From contig CAXXVD010000002.1 of the NCBI GenBank assembly GCA_963662335.2, forward strand, positions 160,001 through 224,000: 64,000 bases of DNA, written 5' to 3'. This DNA comes from Chloroflexota bacterium. GTDB taxonomy: Bacteria; Chloroflexota; UBA11872; VXOZ01. Positions 29,631-39,610 of the stretch are shown in pieces. Numbering within the stretch: the stretch's first letter is position 1; every line of letters begins with the position of its first letter. Under the pieces are notes generated by a model. It was not told the origin of the DNA and made no database searches. It was given only the letters and a program-made list of their open reading frames with translations. The position numbers were made by a program, and so were the translations under genes.

Positions 29631-31910
29631 ATGGGTCAACTCGATACCGATTACGCCCGTTTGCCAGACACAGAAGCCCTCACCCGTGAAGGCGATATTG
29701 CCGCGCAGATGATCGCCGGCATTCATCGCTACCTGGACCGCGAACTGGACACCGCCGATAGTGAGGCTGAGAACGCCTTGCGCGCGCCGGCCGGGTCTGC
29801 CACCGCACTGGCGGAGCACGTCGCGGCAAAGCGGCGGGAATTCGCCCACAACATCGGCGTCATCGACGAACGCGCGCCGGTTTCCGCGTTGGAATTCGTG
29901 TGTTCAACCACGGATCCCTTTCGCGTCGCCGCCACCCGGCACTACGACGTGCACGCCATTCGCTGGCCCGTGCTGGACGGGGTGGAAGGCGAGGGCTTGC
30001 TGCTGCGCCCTAAGCGGCCGCCGATCGCCCACGTGATCGCCGTGCCGGACGCCGATTGGACGCCGGAGATGGTGGCCGGACTCGCGCCCGGCCTGGAACC
30101 GGCGCAGCAATTCGCCCGCCGCCTGGTGGAGCGCGGCTGCCAGGTGGTCGTGCCGCTGCTCATCGACCGCGACCACACCTTTTCCGGCAATCCGAAGATC
30201 CGCATGACCGACCAGCCCCACCGCGAGTTCATCTACCGCATGGCCTGCGAGATGGGCCGCCACGTCATCGGCTACGAAGTGCAGAAAATTCTGGCGCTGG
30301 TGGACTTCTTCTCGTCTCAGCCGGCGCTGGCAGCCGCGCCGGTGGCGGTGTTTGGCTACGGCGAGGGCGGCCTGCTGGCGCTCTACGGCGGCGCGCTGGA
30401 CGAGCGCATCGGCGCGGTGGGCGTGAGCGGCTACTTCCGCAACCGCCGCGCGCTCTGGCAAGAGCCGCTCTACCGCAACGTCTGGCGGCTGCTGCGCGGC
30501 TTCAGCGACGCGGAACTGGCGAGCATGATTGCGCCGCGCCCTCTGATTATAGAGGCAACTGCCGCGCCTACCGTGATCGGCTTGCCGCCCATTACAGATC
30601 TTGAACGCGTGCGCGGGCGGGTTGGCGCGCCCGGCAAGATCGAGCCCGCGCCGCTAGCGGAAGTCCAGGCCGAGGCTGCCCGCGCGCAACCGGCATACGC
30701 GGCGTGCGATGCCGCAGACCGGCTCGTGCTGGTGGTACCTCACACAGATGACCCCGGGCCCGGCTCGGCAGCGGCATTGGAAGCCCTGCTGCATGGCCTG
30801 GGTGTTAAGGCAGGAGACGAAGCACCGGCAAGCGCTCCCCAAGACGCCCGCACCCAATTTGACGCATCTGCCCGCATGCAACGGCAGTTCACCCAGATCG
30901 TCACCCACGTGCAACAGCGCCTCGAAGTGGCATGGCGCACGCGCGAGGACTATTGGTCTGAGGCAGACACGTCTTCGCTAGAGGCGTGGGAAGAGTCCGC
31001 CGCCATTTATAGAAAACGCTTCTGGGAAGACCTGATCGGCCGTTGTCCCGACCCCAGCCTGCCGTTCAACGCGCAGAGCCGCCCCTACGGCGAGAGCGAC
31101 CAATGGACTGGCTACGAGGTCACATTGGACGTGCATCCCGACGTCTTTACCCACGGCATCCTGCTGGTACCCAAGGACGTCAAGCCCGGCGAGCAACGGC
31201 CGGTGGTGGTCTGCCAACACGGCTTGGAAGGCCGGCCGGAGGACGTCATCAAGGAAGAAGAAGGCCCGTACCACGCCTTTGCCGCGCGCCTGGCCGAACG
31301 CGGCTACGTCACCTACGCGCCGCAGAATCCCTACATCGGCTACCACGAGTTCCGCACGCTCCAGCGCAAGGCCAATCCCCTGGGCTGGACGCTCTTCACG
31401 TTCGCCATCGCGCAGCACCAGCAGACGCTCGCCTGGCTCTCCGCGCTGCCGTGCGTAGACCCGGCGCGCATCGGCTTCTACGGCCTCTCCTACGGCGGCA
31501 AGGCGGCCATGCGCATTCCCACGGCGCTCACCCAGTACGCGCTTTCCATCTGCTCGGGCGATTTCAACGAGTGGGCGCGCAAGTGCGCGAGCACTGACTA
31601 TTTCTCCGGCTATATGTTCAACCACGAGTGGGAGATGCAGGAGTTCAACCTGGGGCAGACCTTCAACTACGCCGAAATGGCCTACCTGATGGCGCCGCGC
31701 CCCTTCATGGTGGAACGCGGCCACCGCGACGGCGTGGCGTCCGACGAATGGTGCGCCTACGAATACGCCCGCGTCCAACGCCGCTACGCCGACCTGAAGA
31801 TCCCCGAACGCGCCGCAATCTACTACTTCGACGGCGGCCACATGATCGAAAGCACCGGGACGTTTGCTTTCTTGGATAAGCACCTAAACTGGGAGCCGCG
31901 CAATGGCTAG
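29631..31910 (+). CDS. Two-domain alpha/beta-hydrolase (dienelactone hydrolase/acetyl xylan esterase-like)
   Basis: C-terminal domain has GLSYGG nucleophile elbow and FDGGH; N-terminal domain has degenerate GYGEGG. Confidence 0.78.
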   Translation: MGQLDTDYARLPDTEALTREGDIAAQMIAGIHRYLDRELDTADSEAENALRAPAGSATALAEHVAAKRREFAHNIGVIDERAPVSALEFVCSTTDPFRVAATRHYDVHAIRWPVLDGVEGEGLLLRPKRPPIAHVIAVPDADWTPEMVAGLAPGLEPAQQFARRLVERGCQVVVPLLIDRDHTFSGNPKIRMTDQPHREFIYRMACEMGRHVIGYEVQKILALVDFFSSQPALAAAPVAVFGYGEGGLLALYGGALDERIGAVGVSGYFRNRRALWQEPLYRNVWRLLRGFSDAELASMIAPRPLIIEATAAPTVIGLPPITDLERVRGRVGAPGKIEPAPLAEVQAEAARAQPAYAACDAADRLVLVVPHTDDPGPGSAAALEALLHGLGVKAGDEAPASAPQDARTQFDASARMQRQFTQIVTHVQQRLEVAWRTREDYWSEADTSSLEAWEESAAIYRKRFWEDLIGRCPDPSLPFNAQSRPYGESDQWTGYEVTLDVHPDVFTHGILLVPKDVKPGEQRPVVVCQHGLEGRPEDVIKEEEGPYHAFAARLAERGYVTYAPQNPYIGYHEFRTLQRKANPLGWTLFTFAIAQHQQTLAWLSALPCVDPARIGFYGLSYGGKAAMRIPTALTQYALSICSGDFNEWARKCASTDYFSGYMFNHEWEMQEFNLGQTFNYAEMAYLMAPRPFMVERGHRDGVASDEWCAYEYARVQRRYADLKIPERAAIYYFDGGHMIESTGTFAFLDKHLNWEPRNG

Positions 31911-32150
31911 CGGCGAAATGAGTAGGCTTGGACTTAGGCTATAGGCATTTGAATGCCAACATGAAGAGCCGCTACCCAATGTGAAGCTGCTCCTCCACGT
32001 AAAGTTGCTCCTCGACATGTCATTCTGAGGAGCGCAGCGACGAAGAATCTAGAGCGCGGGCAACCCTAGATTCCTCGCTGCGCTCGGATTGACATTGAGT
32101 GCGAACACACCCTCGTTGGGCGAGCCGCCCAACATCAGTTTCCGTCTAGG

Positions 32151-33908
32151 CTAAGCTCTCTCACTTTTCAGCGGCTTAGGCTTAACTCGGATAGTGTACT
32201 CGTTGCGGTAGGTGACGAGACCGGGGGGTGAGCGGGGGATGCGGCGGACGTAGCGGCGGCGGGTGACGTCTACTTCGGCGCTGGCGGATGCGCGCAGTTT
32301 GCTGTAGTAGGCGGCGATTTGGGCGGCCTGGTGGATGATTGCGTCCGGCACGTCGCGGCCGCCGGACCGGAGGACGGTATGCGCGCCGGGCACGTTGCGG
32401 GCGTGGAGCCAGAGGTCGTCGGCGTCGGCCAGGCGCAGGGCCGCGTCGTTCTGCGCGCCGCTGCGGCCCACCAACACCTGCACGCCGTCGAGCCAAAATG
32501 AGACCGGCTGCGCGCCTTCATCGGCAGCCTTGCCGCGCTTGCCTTTCCCGCGTTTACCTTGAGACTTCTTGCTCTTGCCGTCCTGACCGCCGCCAAGGAT
32601 GCCCAGTTCGCGCAGTTCGTCCCGCAGCGCGCGCACGTCGGTTGGGGTTTCCGCCGCTTCCAGCAGGGCCTCGGCTTGCTCGCAATACGCCTGTTCGTTC
32701 GCGACGCGCCGCAACAGTCCCGGCACCTCTGCCTGCGCCCGCTTCTTGCGCTTGTATGTGTCGAAGTACGTCTCGGCATTCGCGGGAACAGAAACCTGCG
32801 GGTCGATGCGAATCGTCTCGCCGTCAACCTGAATCTCGTGGCTGCCCGGCGCGGTGCTATACCCATAGGCCAGCACCAGGTCGCCCTTGCGCCGCCACTC
32901 CTCCGCGTCGGCGGCTTCCGCCTGCTGGCGTTCCAGGGCGCGCCGCCGCTGCCGGAGTTGGTCCATACGCTCCTGGAGCGCCGCCGCCAGCGGCTTCTGT
33001 CCTAGATCTTGCTTTTGGTGGCGCGGCGGCGCTTTGCCCTGCTCCTGGTAGAACGTCTCGATTGCCGCGCTCATCGAAACGCACGGCTCGCACTGCGGGA
33101 ATATGGTCAACGCATAGGGCGCGTAGGCGGCAAGCGCGCCGTCCGCGTCGCGCGCCAGGCACGGCGTGAGTTCCCCATCCGCGACCTGCGCAAACACGTC
33201 CCGCGCCGCGCCGAGCACGTCCGGCCAGTTTACGTCCGCCGCCGGCGTTTCGGCAGCGCCCGCCGCGCGAAAGACCGCCTCGCGCGCCAACAGCGGCCCG
33301 ATGCCGCTCGTCTGCCCCATCAGCAGCCGCCAGGCGGGTTGTTTCTTCTCGGACTGCGCCGCGGCTGCCAGCACCGCAGCCTGCGCCGCAAAGGGATCGG
33401 GACGCGCCAGCGGCGGCGGCGGCACGTAGGGCAATTTGGGCAGCACCTGCCGGTAGCGGTTGATGGCGGCGTCCACCCGCTTCAGGCTCTCCAGAATCAC
33501 GCCTTCCGCATCCACCAAGACCAGATTGCTCGTGCGCCCCATGATCTCGGCGATGAGCGTGGTCTCCACAATGTCGTCGTCCACCCGCGCGTGCAGGGTG
33601 AATTGCAGCACGCGCTCCCACGGCGGCTGCGCCACCGCCATGAGCCGCCCGTTGCGCGCGTACTTGCGCAGCAGGAGCAGCAGCGGGGTCACGCTGTCGT
33701 TGGCGCGCGCCGGCCGCTCGCGGGTGAGGTAGCAGTGGGGCGCTTGGGGCGCGGCGTCGATGACGAGCCACCACGTTTCGCCCCGGGCGTAGACCTCGAA
33801 AGCCACGGCCAGATTGCCCGGATGCAGCACGCGCTGGATGCGCCCGCCAACGAGCGTATCGGCAATTTCCCGGCGCAAGGCGGTGAGGGTGGCAACGTCG
33901 ATGGTCAA
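32151..33908 (-). CDS. rqcH: NFACT/FbpA-family ribosome quality-control factor RqcH
   Basis: LLLRKY, ERV, EIMGRTSN, NA..YF..YK, GRS..QND, WLHA..VPGAH, AAYYSK motifs. Confidence 0.9.
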   Translation of the reverse strand: MTIDVATLTALRREIADTLVGGRIQRVLHPGNLAVAFEVYARGETWWLVIDAAPQAPHCYLTRERPARANDSVTPLLLLLRKYARNGRLMAVAQPPWERVLQFTLHARVDDDIVETTLIAEIMGRTSNLVLVDAEGVILESLKRVDAAINRYRQVLPKLPYVPPPPLARPDPFAAQAAVLAAAAQSEKKQPAWRLLMGQTSGIGPLLAREAVFRAAGAAETPAADVNWPDVLGAARDVFAQVADGELTPCLARDADGALAAYAPYALTIFPQCEPCVSMSAAIETFYQEQGKAPPRHQKQDLGQKPLAAALQERMDQLRQRRRALERQQAEAADAEEWRRKGDLVLAYGYSTAPGSHEIQVDGETIRIDPQVSVPANAETYFDTYKRKKRAQAEVPGLLRRVANEQAYCEQAEALLEAAETPTDVRALRDELRELGILGGGQDGKSKKSQGKRGKGKRGKAADEGAQPVSFWLDGVQVLVGRSGAQNDAALRLADADDLWLHARNVPGAHTVLRSGGRDVPDAIIHQAAQIAAYYSKLRASASAEVDVTRRRYVRRIPRSPPGLVTYRNEYTIRVKPKPLKSERA

Positions 33909-34071
33909 GAGAATAATCCTTCGTCAAGCGGCCTTTCAGATTGTCATTCTGCGGAGCCCTTTGGCAACCGTCCTTTTAGATTGTCATTCTGAGGAGCGCA
34001 GCGACGAAGAATCTAGGGCGCGGGCATCCTTAGATTCCTCGCTCCGCACGGAATGACAGAATGGCGCGCGT

Positions 34072-34995
34072 TCACGCCACATTGGGCACAACGGAGGCGT
34101 AGATCTCGTCGTTCGTGGCGACCCAGCAGCCGCCGGGTTTTTCCAGCGCGTAGGGCAGCGCCGTTTCCAGCACGTCGCAGTGCGGATCGCGTACCGCCAG
34201 CACCGGCGGATGGAAGGTCATGGTGAACACCTGGCCGTTGGCGTGGGCGTGGTCGACGCCGTGCTTCAGCAGATCGATGAACTCCCAGCGGTCCAGGTCC
34301 AGGTAGCGGAAACCCCAGATGTCGGTAATGCCCGTGGGCGGCAGTTCCGGCAGGCCGTTGGGATAGCGGTAGGGCTGCAAGGAGTCGAGGCTCTCGCGCA
34401 TGGCCGCCCGCAAATCCGCCCGCGGCGGCCGCTTGCGCGTAGGATCGACCGGAAAGCGGTAGTGGGAAGAAGCGTAGCCGAACCCCTCTTCTTTCAATAA
34501 GCCCTGTACATCCGGCACATCGTGCAACCCGTCCACAAACCCGCCCGGCGTGCGAAAGCCGACCGGCGCCACGCCCAGCGTCGCGCGCATGGCGTCGCTG
34601 GTCTGCCGCAGTTCGTCGCGGATGCACGCCAGCGCCGAGCGTCCGTGCGCCCGCCACGGCGCGGCGGCGTACGTCACCTGCAACTGCGGAATCTCCCGCG
34701 CCCGCACGTTCACGTGGGAATAGGTGTGGTTGCCCAAGGCGTGACCGGCGTCCACGCTCTCCTTCAGGTAGTCCAGGTCGGGGTCTTCCAGCGCACTGCC
34801 CACCAGGAAGTAGTGCAGCTTAACGCCGTATTTCGCCGCCACCGCGTTCAGCTTGCGGATGTACTGCTTGCAGTCCGCGTCGATGGCCCCTTTGCGGTGG
34901 TCCCACACCGAGGTCCAGTAGGGGAAATTGGTGCACATCTCCACGTCGAACGTCAGGCTCAGACAGAATTGCGCGCCGTTGGGGTACATGGTCAT
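34072..34995 (-). CDS. Polysaccharide deacetylase family protein
   Basis: LTFDVE, GNHTYSH, GFRTPGG, FHP motifs. Confidence 0.82.
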   Translation of the reverse strand: MTMYPNGAQFCLSLTFDVEMCTNFPYWTSVWDHRKGAIDADCKQYIRKLNAVAAKYGVKLHYFLVGSALEDPDLDYLKESVDAGHALGNHTYSHVNVRAREIPQLQVTYAAAPWRAHGRSALACIRDELRQTSDAMRATLGVAPVGFRTPGGFVDGLHDVPDVQGLLKEEGFGYASSHYRFPVDPTRKRPPRADLRAAMRESLDSLQPYRYPNGLPELPPTGITDIWGFRYLDLDRWEFIDLLKHGVDHAHANGQVFTMTFHPPVLAVRDPHCDVLETALPYALEKPGGCWVATNDEIYASVVPNVA

Positions 34996-35001
34996 TCTCT
35001 C

Positions 35002-35823
35002 CTAGCGTGCCTTCTTCACCGTCACCACGACCGCAAATATCCCCGTTGCCACCAGCGCCATCGCGGGACCCGACGGCAGATTGTAGTGATACGAGAGATA
35101 GAGCCCCGCCACGGCCGAGACCGCGCCCAGTAGCGCGCCCGTGAGCATGGCTTTGGGAAAATTGCGCACCAGCAGGAGCGAGGTGGCGGCCGGCGTGATT
35201 AGCATGGCCAGCACCAGCACGATGCCCACCGCCTGGATCGCCAGCACGGTCACCACGGCCAGCAGCGCTAGGAGCAGGTAGTCCAGCGCCTGGGTCGGCA
35301 GGCCGATGACCGACGCGCCGGCCGGGTCGAAGCTGGCAAAGACCAGTTCCTTGTGGAGCAGGAAGAGAATTGCCAGCACCACGGCGGCCATGCCCCCGGT
35401 CAGGACCACGTCCTGGGTGGTCACGCCCAGCACCTGGCCCAGCAGGATGTCCTCCAGGCTCACCCGCAGGCCGCGCGTGAACGAGAGCATCACCACGCCC
35501 AGGGCGAAGAGTCCGGCAAAGAGGATGCCCACGGAGGTATCGGCGCTGACGCCGGCGCGCCGGATGAGGTAGCCGCTGAGCAGCGCCACTACTATGCCCA
35601 TGGGCATCGCGCCCAGGAAGGGATTGACGCCAATCACGAACGCCGCCACCATGCCGGGCAAGACGGAGTGGGCCAGCGCGTCGCCCATGAACCCCAGGCC
35701 CTTGGTGACCACGTACGCGCCCAGCATGGGGCACATCACCCCCACCAGCACCGAGACCACCAGCGCCCGCAGCATGAAGCCGTACTGGAACGGAGCAATG
35801 AAGATGTCTGCGAGGACATCCAC
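35002..35823 (-). CDS. Zn/Mn ABC transporter permease (ZnuB/MntB-like)
   Basis: GDALAHSVLPG, FDP, VGIVLV.AMLITPAA motifs. Confidence 0.92.
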   Translation of the reverse strand: MDVLADIFIAPFQYGFMLRALVVSVLVGVMCPMLGAYVVTKGLGFMGDALAHSVLPGMVAAFVIGVNPFLGAMPMGIVVALLSGYLIRRAGVSADTSVGILFAGLFALGVVMLSFTRGLRVSLEDILLGQVLGVTTQDVVLTGGMAAVVLAILFLLHKELVFASFDPAGASVIGLPTQALDYLLLALLAVVTVLAIQAVGIVLVLAMLITPAATSLLLVRNFPKAMLTGALLGAVSAVAGLYLSYHYNLPSGPAMALVATGIFAVVVTVKKAR

Positions 35824-36615
35824 TTAGTTTTGCTCGCTCTGGTACGCGCGGTAGATGTCCACCGAGCGGTACAACTCGTCCATGACGTCCGGCACGAGCA
35901 CCGCGTCGGTATGACCGCAGGCGACGACACTGCGGTTGAGGCAGAGGCAGTCGTCGGTCAGCCGGCGGATGTAGCTGATGTTGTGGGAGGCGAGCAGGAT
36001 GGTCTTGCCGGCGGCGCGCATCTCCTCCAGCACCAGGGTCATGACCTCCTGGGACGTGAAGTCCACGCCGCGAAAGGCTTCGTCCAGGATGAGCACGTCC
36101 ACGCCCTGGGCCAGAGCGCGGGCGACGAAGATGCGTTGCTGCTGCCCGCCGGAGAGTTCCGAAATGAGAGAGCCGCGCCGGTCCCACATCCAAACCTGGT
36201 TGAGGGCGTCCTCTACGGCTTGCCGGTCGGCGCGCCCCGGCCGGCGAAACCAGCCGATCTGCCGGGTGCGGCCCAGCATCACCATGTCGTAGACGGTCAT
36301 GGGCAGGCCCCAGTTGATGTTCTGCCGCTGGGGCACGAACGCGACCTGCCCGCGCGCTTCGCTGATCGACTTGCCGTTGATGCGCACCCGTCCCGCCCGG
36401 GCCTCGATGAGGCCGGTGAGCGTATTGAAGAGCGTGCTCTTGCCGGCGCCGTTGGGGCCGATCACGCCCATGATGCGGGCGCTCTGCGCGGAGAAGCTGA
36501 TGCCGTTCAGCACCTGGACCTCGCCGCGGTCCACGAAGAGGTCTTCCACCACCAGTGACGGCGACTGCGTCTCAGCGCCGGGGCCGGCTAGAGCCTCGTC
36601 ACCAGCAGTCGTCAT
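35824..36615 (-). CDS. Zn/Mn ABC transporter ATP-binding protein (ZnuC-like)
   Basis: GPNGAGKST, LSGGQQQR, ILDE motifs. Confidence 0.92.
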   Translation of the reverse strand: MTTAGDEALAGPGAETQSPSLVVEDLFVDRGEVQVLNGISFSAQSARIMGVIGPNGAGKSTLFNTLTGLIEARAGRVRINGKSISEARGQVAFVPQRQNINWGLPMTVYDMVMLGRTRQIGWFRRPGRADRQAVEDALNQVWMWDRRGSLISELSGGQQQRIFVARALAQGVDVLILDEAFRGVDFTSQEVMTLVLEEMRAAGKTILLASHNISYIRRLTDDCLCLNRSVVACGHTDAVLVPDVMDELYRSVDIYRAYQSEQN

Positions 36616-37850
36616 CGCAGCGCCTCGACGACCAGCTTGACGTTGTGCCGCGCCATTTCCAGATAGGTTTCCGCGCCGCTGCCTGCCGGCCCGAGGGAGT
36701 CCGGGTAGAGCCGCACCAGCGGCACGCCGGCCTCATTGGCCAGGGCGCTTGCCAGGCGCTCCAGCGCGAGCATCTCGCCAAAGACCGCCTTCACGTTGCG
36801 CTCCTTCATCAATTCGACCAGGTGCGCCAGGTGTTCGGCAGACGGCTCGGCGTCTTCGGCAACCGAGAGGATGATGCCCACCACCTCGAAACCGTACCGC
36901 ACGGCAAAGTAGCGGTAGTAGTCGTGGGAACTGATGAACAGCCGCTGTCCCTCCGGCACCGTGCTGACTTGCTCCAGCGTCCAGGCGTGGAGGGCCAGGA
37001 GTTCCGCGTTGTAGGCGGCGGCGTTGGCGCGGTATTCGTCGGCGTTGGCCGGATCGATTTCCGCGAAGCGAGCCGCAATCGCGTCGATGGCGATCACCAC
37101 GCGCAGCGGGTCGAACCAGAAGTGCGGGTCGTGCGCGCCGTGGTCGTGCCCGTGGTCGTCTTCCTCGTCGGCGTGGTCGTCGTCATCATCGGCATGGCCT
37201 TCGTCTTCGTCGTTGGCATGGCCGTTTTCTTCATCGTCGTGGTCGGCGTCTTCGTCGTCGGCGTGGCCGTTCTCTTCGTCGTCGTGGCCTTCGTCTTCAT
37301 CGGCATGTTCATCTTCGTCTTCGTCGTGGCCCTCGCCCTCCTCGTCGGCATGCTCTTCCTCATCATCGTCGTGGCCCTCTTCGTCCTCGTGGGCATGATC
37401 CTCTTCATCGTCGGCGTGGGCGTCTTCACTCTCCGGGTCGGGCAGGAGCGGGTCAACCAGGTCGCCCAGCGTCAGCACGAGCGACGGGTCCCGCGCCACG
37501 TTGCGCAGGAGTTCATCCAGCCAGAAGCCCTCCATGCCCAGGCCGACGGCAATGACCAGGTCTGCTTCCGCGATCTTGGCCGCGTCGCGGGGGCCGGGTT
37601 GAAAGCCGTGGGGGTCCACGTCGGTGGGAATGAGGCTTGTTACCGCCACGCGGTCGCCGCCGACCACGTGCGCCCAATCCGCCAGCACGTTCGTGACGGC
37701 GACAACGCGAAAGACCGGCGCGTCGGCGGGCGCGGGCCTTTCCTGCTCCGGTTCGTCGCCCCCGCACGCGGCGGCGGCAACGAGCACGAGCATCGCGAAC
37801 GACGCCCACGAGAATTGTACGATGCGCTTGAGAGACTTTGGCCTAATCAT
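36612..37850 (-). CDS. Zn/Mn ABC substrate-binding lipoprotein (ZnuA-like) with long His/Asp/Glu loop
   Basis: Lipobox AAAC; DPH, HDPHFWFDP, SHDYY.YF motifs; about 95-aa acidic His-rich insert. Confidence 0.9.
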   Translation of the reverse strand: MIRPKSLKRIVQFSWASFAMLVLVAAAACGGDEPEQERPAPADAPVFRVVAVTNVLADWAHVVGGDRVAVTSLIPTDVDPHGFQPGPRDAAKIAEADLVIAVGLGMEGFWLDELLRNVARDPSLVLTLGDLVDPLLPDPESEDAHADDEEDHAHEDEEGHDDDEEEHADEEGEGHDEDEDEHADEDEGHDDEENGHADDEDADHDDEENGHANDEDEGHADDDDDHADEEDDHGHDHGAHDPHFWFDPLRVVIAIDAIAARFAEIDPANADEYRANAAAYNAELLALHAWTLEQVSTVPEGQRLFISSHDYYRYFAVRYGFEVVGIILSVAEDAEPSAEHLAHLVELMKERNVKAVFGEMLALERLASALANEAGVPLVRLYPDSLGPAGSGAETYLEMARHNVKLVVEALR

Positions 37851-38003
37851 CGTGAAACTCCCTTGTTTCTCCACCGCAATGCTCGCGGTCACTGCTGCTG
37901 CTTGCAAGCGCCTACGTTCTGCCACTACGCCGCGCAAGCGCTACAACCCGCCGCGGCGACTTCGCCGTCCGCGTCGAAGCCGTCGTCTGTGACGAAGCCG
38001 GCC

Positions 38004-38822
38004 CTAGCGCCGGGCCGCCGCCACCGCCCGGCACGCCGCCATGAACTGCTCGTACCCGACCGTATCGCCCACGGCCTGTTGGAAGTACTTGAGCGCGGAG
38101 CGGGTCATCAGCCGCTCGGGGAACGTATCCGGGTACTCCACCGCCAGCGTCGCCTCGCGGATGAGGAAAACCTTGTAGCCATAGCCGAGCATAGGTTGGG
38201 TGGCGCCTGCCGAACCCAGGATGCACATGTTCGTGGCAAAGCCCGTATAGATGAGATTCTTGATGCCCTTGCCGCGGCAGATGCGGTCGAACTGGGCGCT
38301 GGTGAGTATCACCTGGTCGCCGGGTTCGGCGTCGCAGGACTGGATGATGCGCATCTGCTGCCAGCCGTCCCAATCGCGGTAGCCCGCGCCGTGGGAGCGG
38401 TCGGCGCGTTCCGCGTTCCAGCCCGGATTGGCCTCCGGCGGGCGCGCGGGGCCGGGCGGCGGGTTTGTGTCCTCATCTTCCAGCATGTGGTGGACGGAGT
38501 CGTACTTCATGGCGATGTTCCCCGGCTCCACGTGGAAGATCTGCATGCCGGCCGCCCGCGCCGCGTCAATCGCCGGGCGGATGTAGTTGTCGGCGATCCG
38601 CACGGATTCACCCTGGTTTTCCAGCGTGCCCATGTCCACGAAGTACCCCTCAGGGACTTCAGGCCCGTTCACGTCGCCCATGTTCCAAAGATGCAGCGCC
38701 ACGAAACCGGTCTCCGCCGGATTGAGGGTGAACTCTTCTTCTACCCACCCGGCGTCCTGCAAATTGGGCGTGGCCCAATGCGTGCCCAGTATCCGCAGCG
38801 CGACCGCTGTCTCGGTTGCCAT
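38004..38822 (-). CDS. Isochorismatase-like cysteine hydrolase
   Basis: AARAAG..IFH and LIYTGFATNMCI motifs; GGAGG RBS. Confidence 0.72.
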   Translation of the reverse strand: MATETAVALRILGTHWATPNLQDAGWVEEEFTLNPAETGFVALHLWNMGDVNGPEVPEGYFVDMGTLENQGESVRIADNYIRPAIDAARAAGMQIFHVEPGNIAMKYDSVHHMLEDEDTNPPPGPARPPEANPGWNAERADRSHGAGYRDWDGWQQMRIIQSCDAEPGDQVILTSAQFDRICRGKGIKNLIYTGFATNMCILGSAGATQPMLGYGYKVFLIREATLAVEYPDTFPERLMTRSALKYFQQAVGDTVGYEQFMAACRAVAAARR

Positions 38823-38907
38823 GATTTCCTTACCTCCGCAATTGCTGGGGAACGTCCTCAAAGGGTCATCAGAGTCGTCGGAAATGGAACTGCCCTTTGT
38901 GCGCGGC

Positions 38908-39351
38908 TCAGCGGAAGAGCACGATCAGGACGGCAAGGACACTGTTCGCCCCCACGACAAGCGCGCCAAGCCGCAGCGTCAAGCGCAGTTCCAAGTCTTT
39001 CATGTCGGCCTTGTGCGTTTGCGCCAGCGCTTCCAACCGCACTTCAACGTGCTGGAGGCGCAATTCCATCGCTCGCATTTCTGTTTGCGTTTTCTGGGCA
39101 AGGTCTTGGATTTCGGCTTGGGTCTTTTGCTCGAGGACCCGCAAATCGTCTTTGGTTGCAAACTCCCGCAAGTCGTCCTTGGTTGCAAGTTCCCGTAAGT
39201 CGTCCTTGGTGGCAAGTTCCCGCAAGTCGCCTTTGGTCGCAAGATCCTCGTGCGACTCGCCAACCGCGTCGACCACGGCCTCAGCCTTTGCTTCTTCGAA
39301 GCCGGCCGCCGTGAGGACCTTCACCGCCCTATGGGTATCGAATATCGCCAT
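38908..39351 (-). CDS. DUF1640/CCDC90-like coiled-coil protein with ATKDDLREL repeats
   Basis: FDTH head, GF.E.KAEA, four 9-aa repeats, LTLRLG + TM helix; GAGG RBS. Confidence 0.8.
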   Translation of the reverse strand: MAIFDTHRAVKVLTAAGFEEAKAEAVVDAVGESHEDLATKGDLRELATKDDLRELATKDDLREFATKDDLRVLEQKTQAEIQDLAQKTQTEMRAMELRLQHVEVRLEALAQTHKADMKDLELRLTLRLGALVVGANSVLAVLIVLFR

Positions 39352-39610
39352 TGGTCACCTCGCTCATGCCTGCGCGCGACCGCGTTCGCTCGCCTCTCCG
39401 AAACTCAGCGCCACTCGCACATTACGCCTATGATACAACAATTGAGCGCAGTCTATCGCAATACGTTAAGAAATCCTTTCTAGCGGCGCCGTCACGCCGC
39501 CCCCGGCTGCGTTAAATGCCAAGGGGGCACGAAGAATCGTGCCCCCTTGGCGCGGCGGCAGCGAGCAAATGCCGCCCCCGCCGCCAATTGCCGGTCGTTG
39601 CGCGTCTACC

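Noticed and set aside
36555-39314. 919-aa plus-strand ORF (likewise 3782-5785 and 26482-27912)
   Set aside because: Antisense to well-supported genes; shadow frames.
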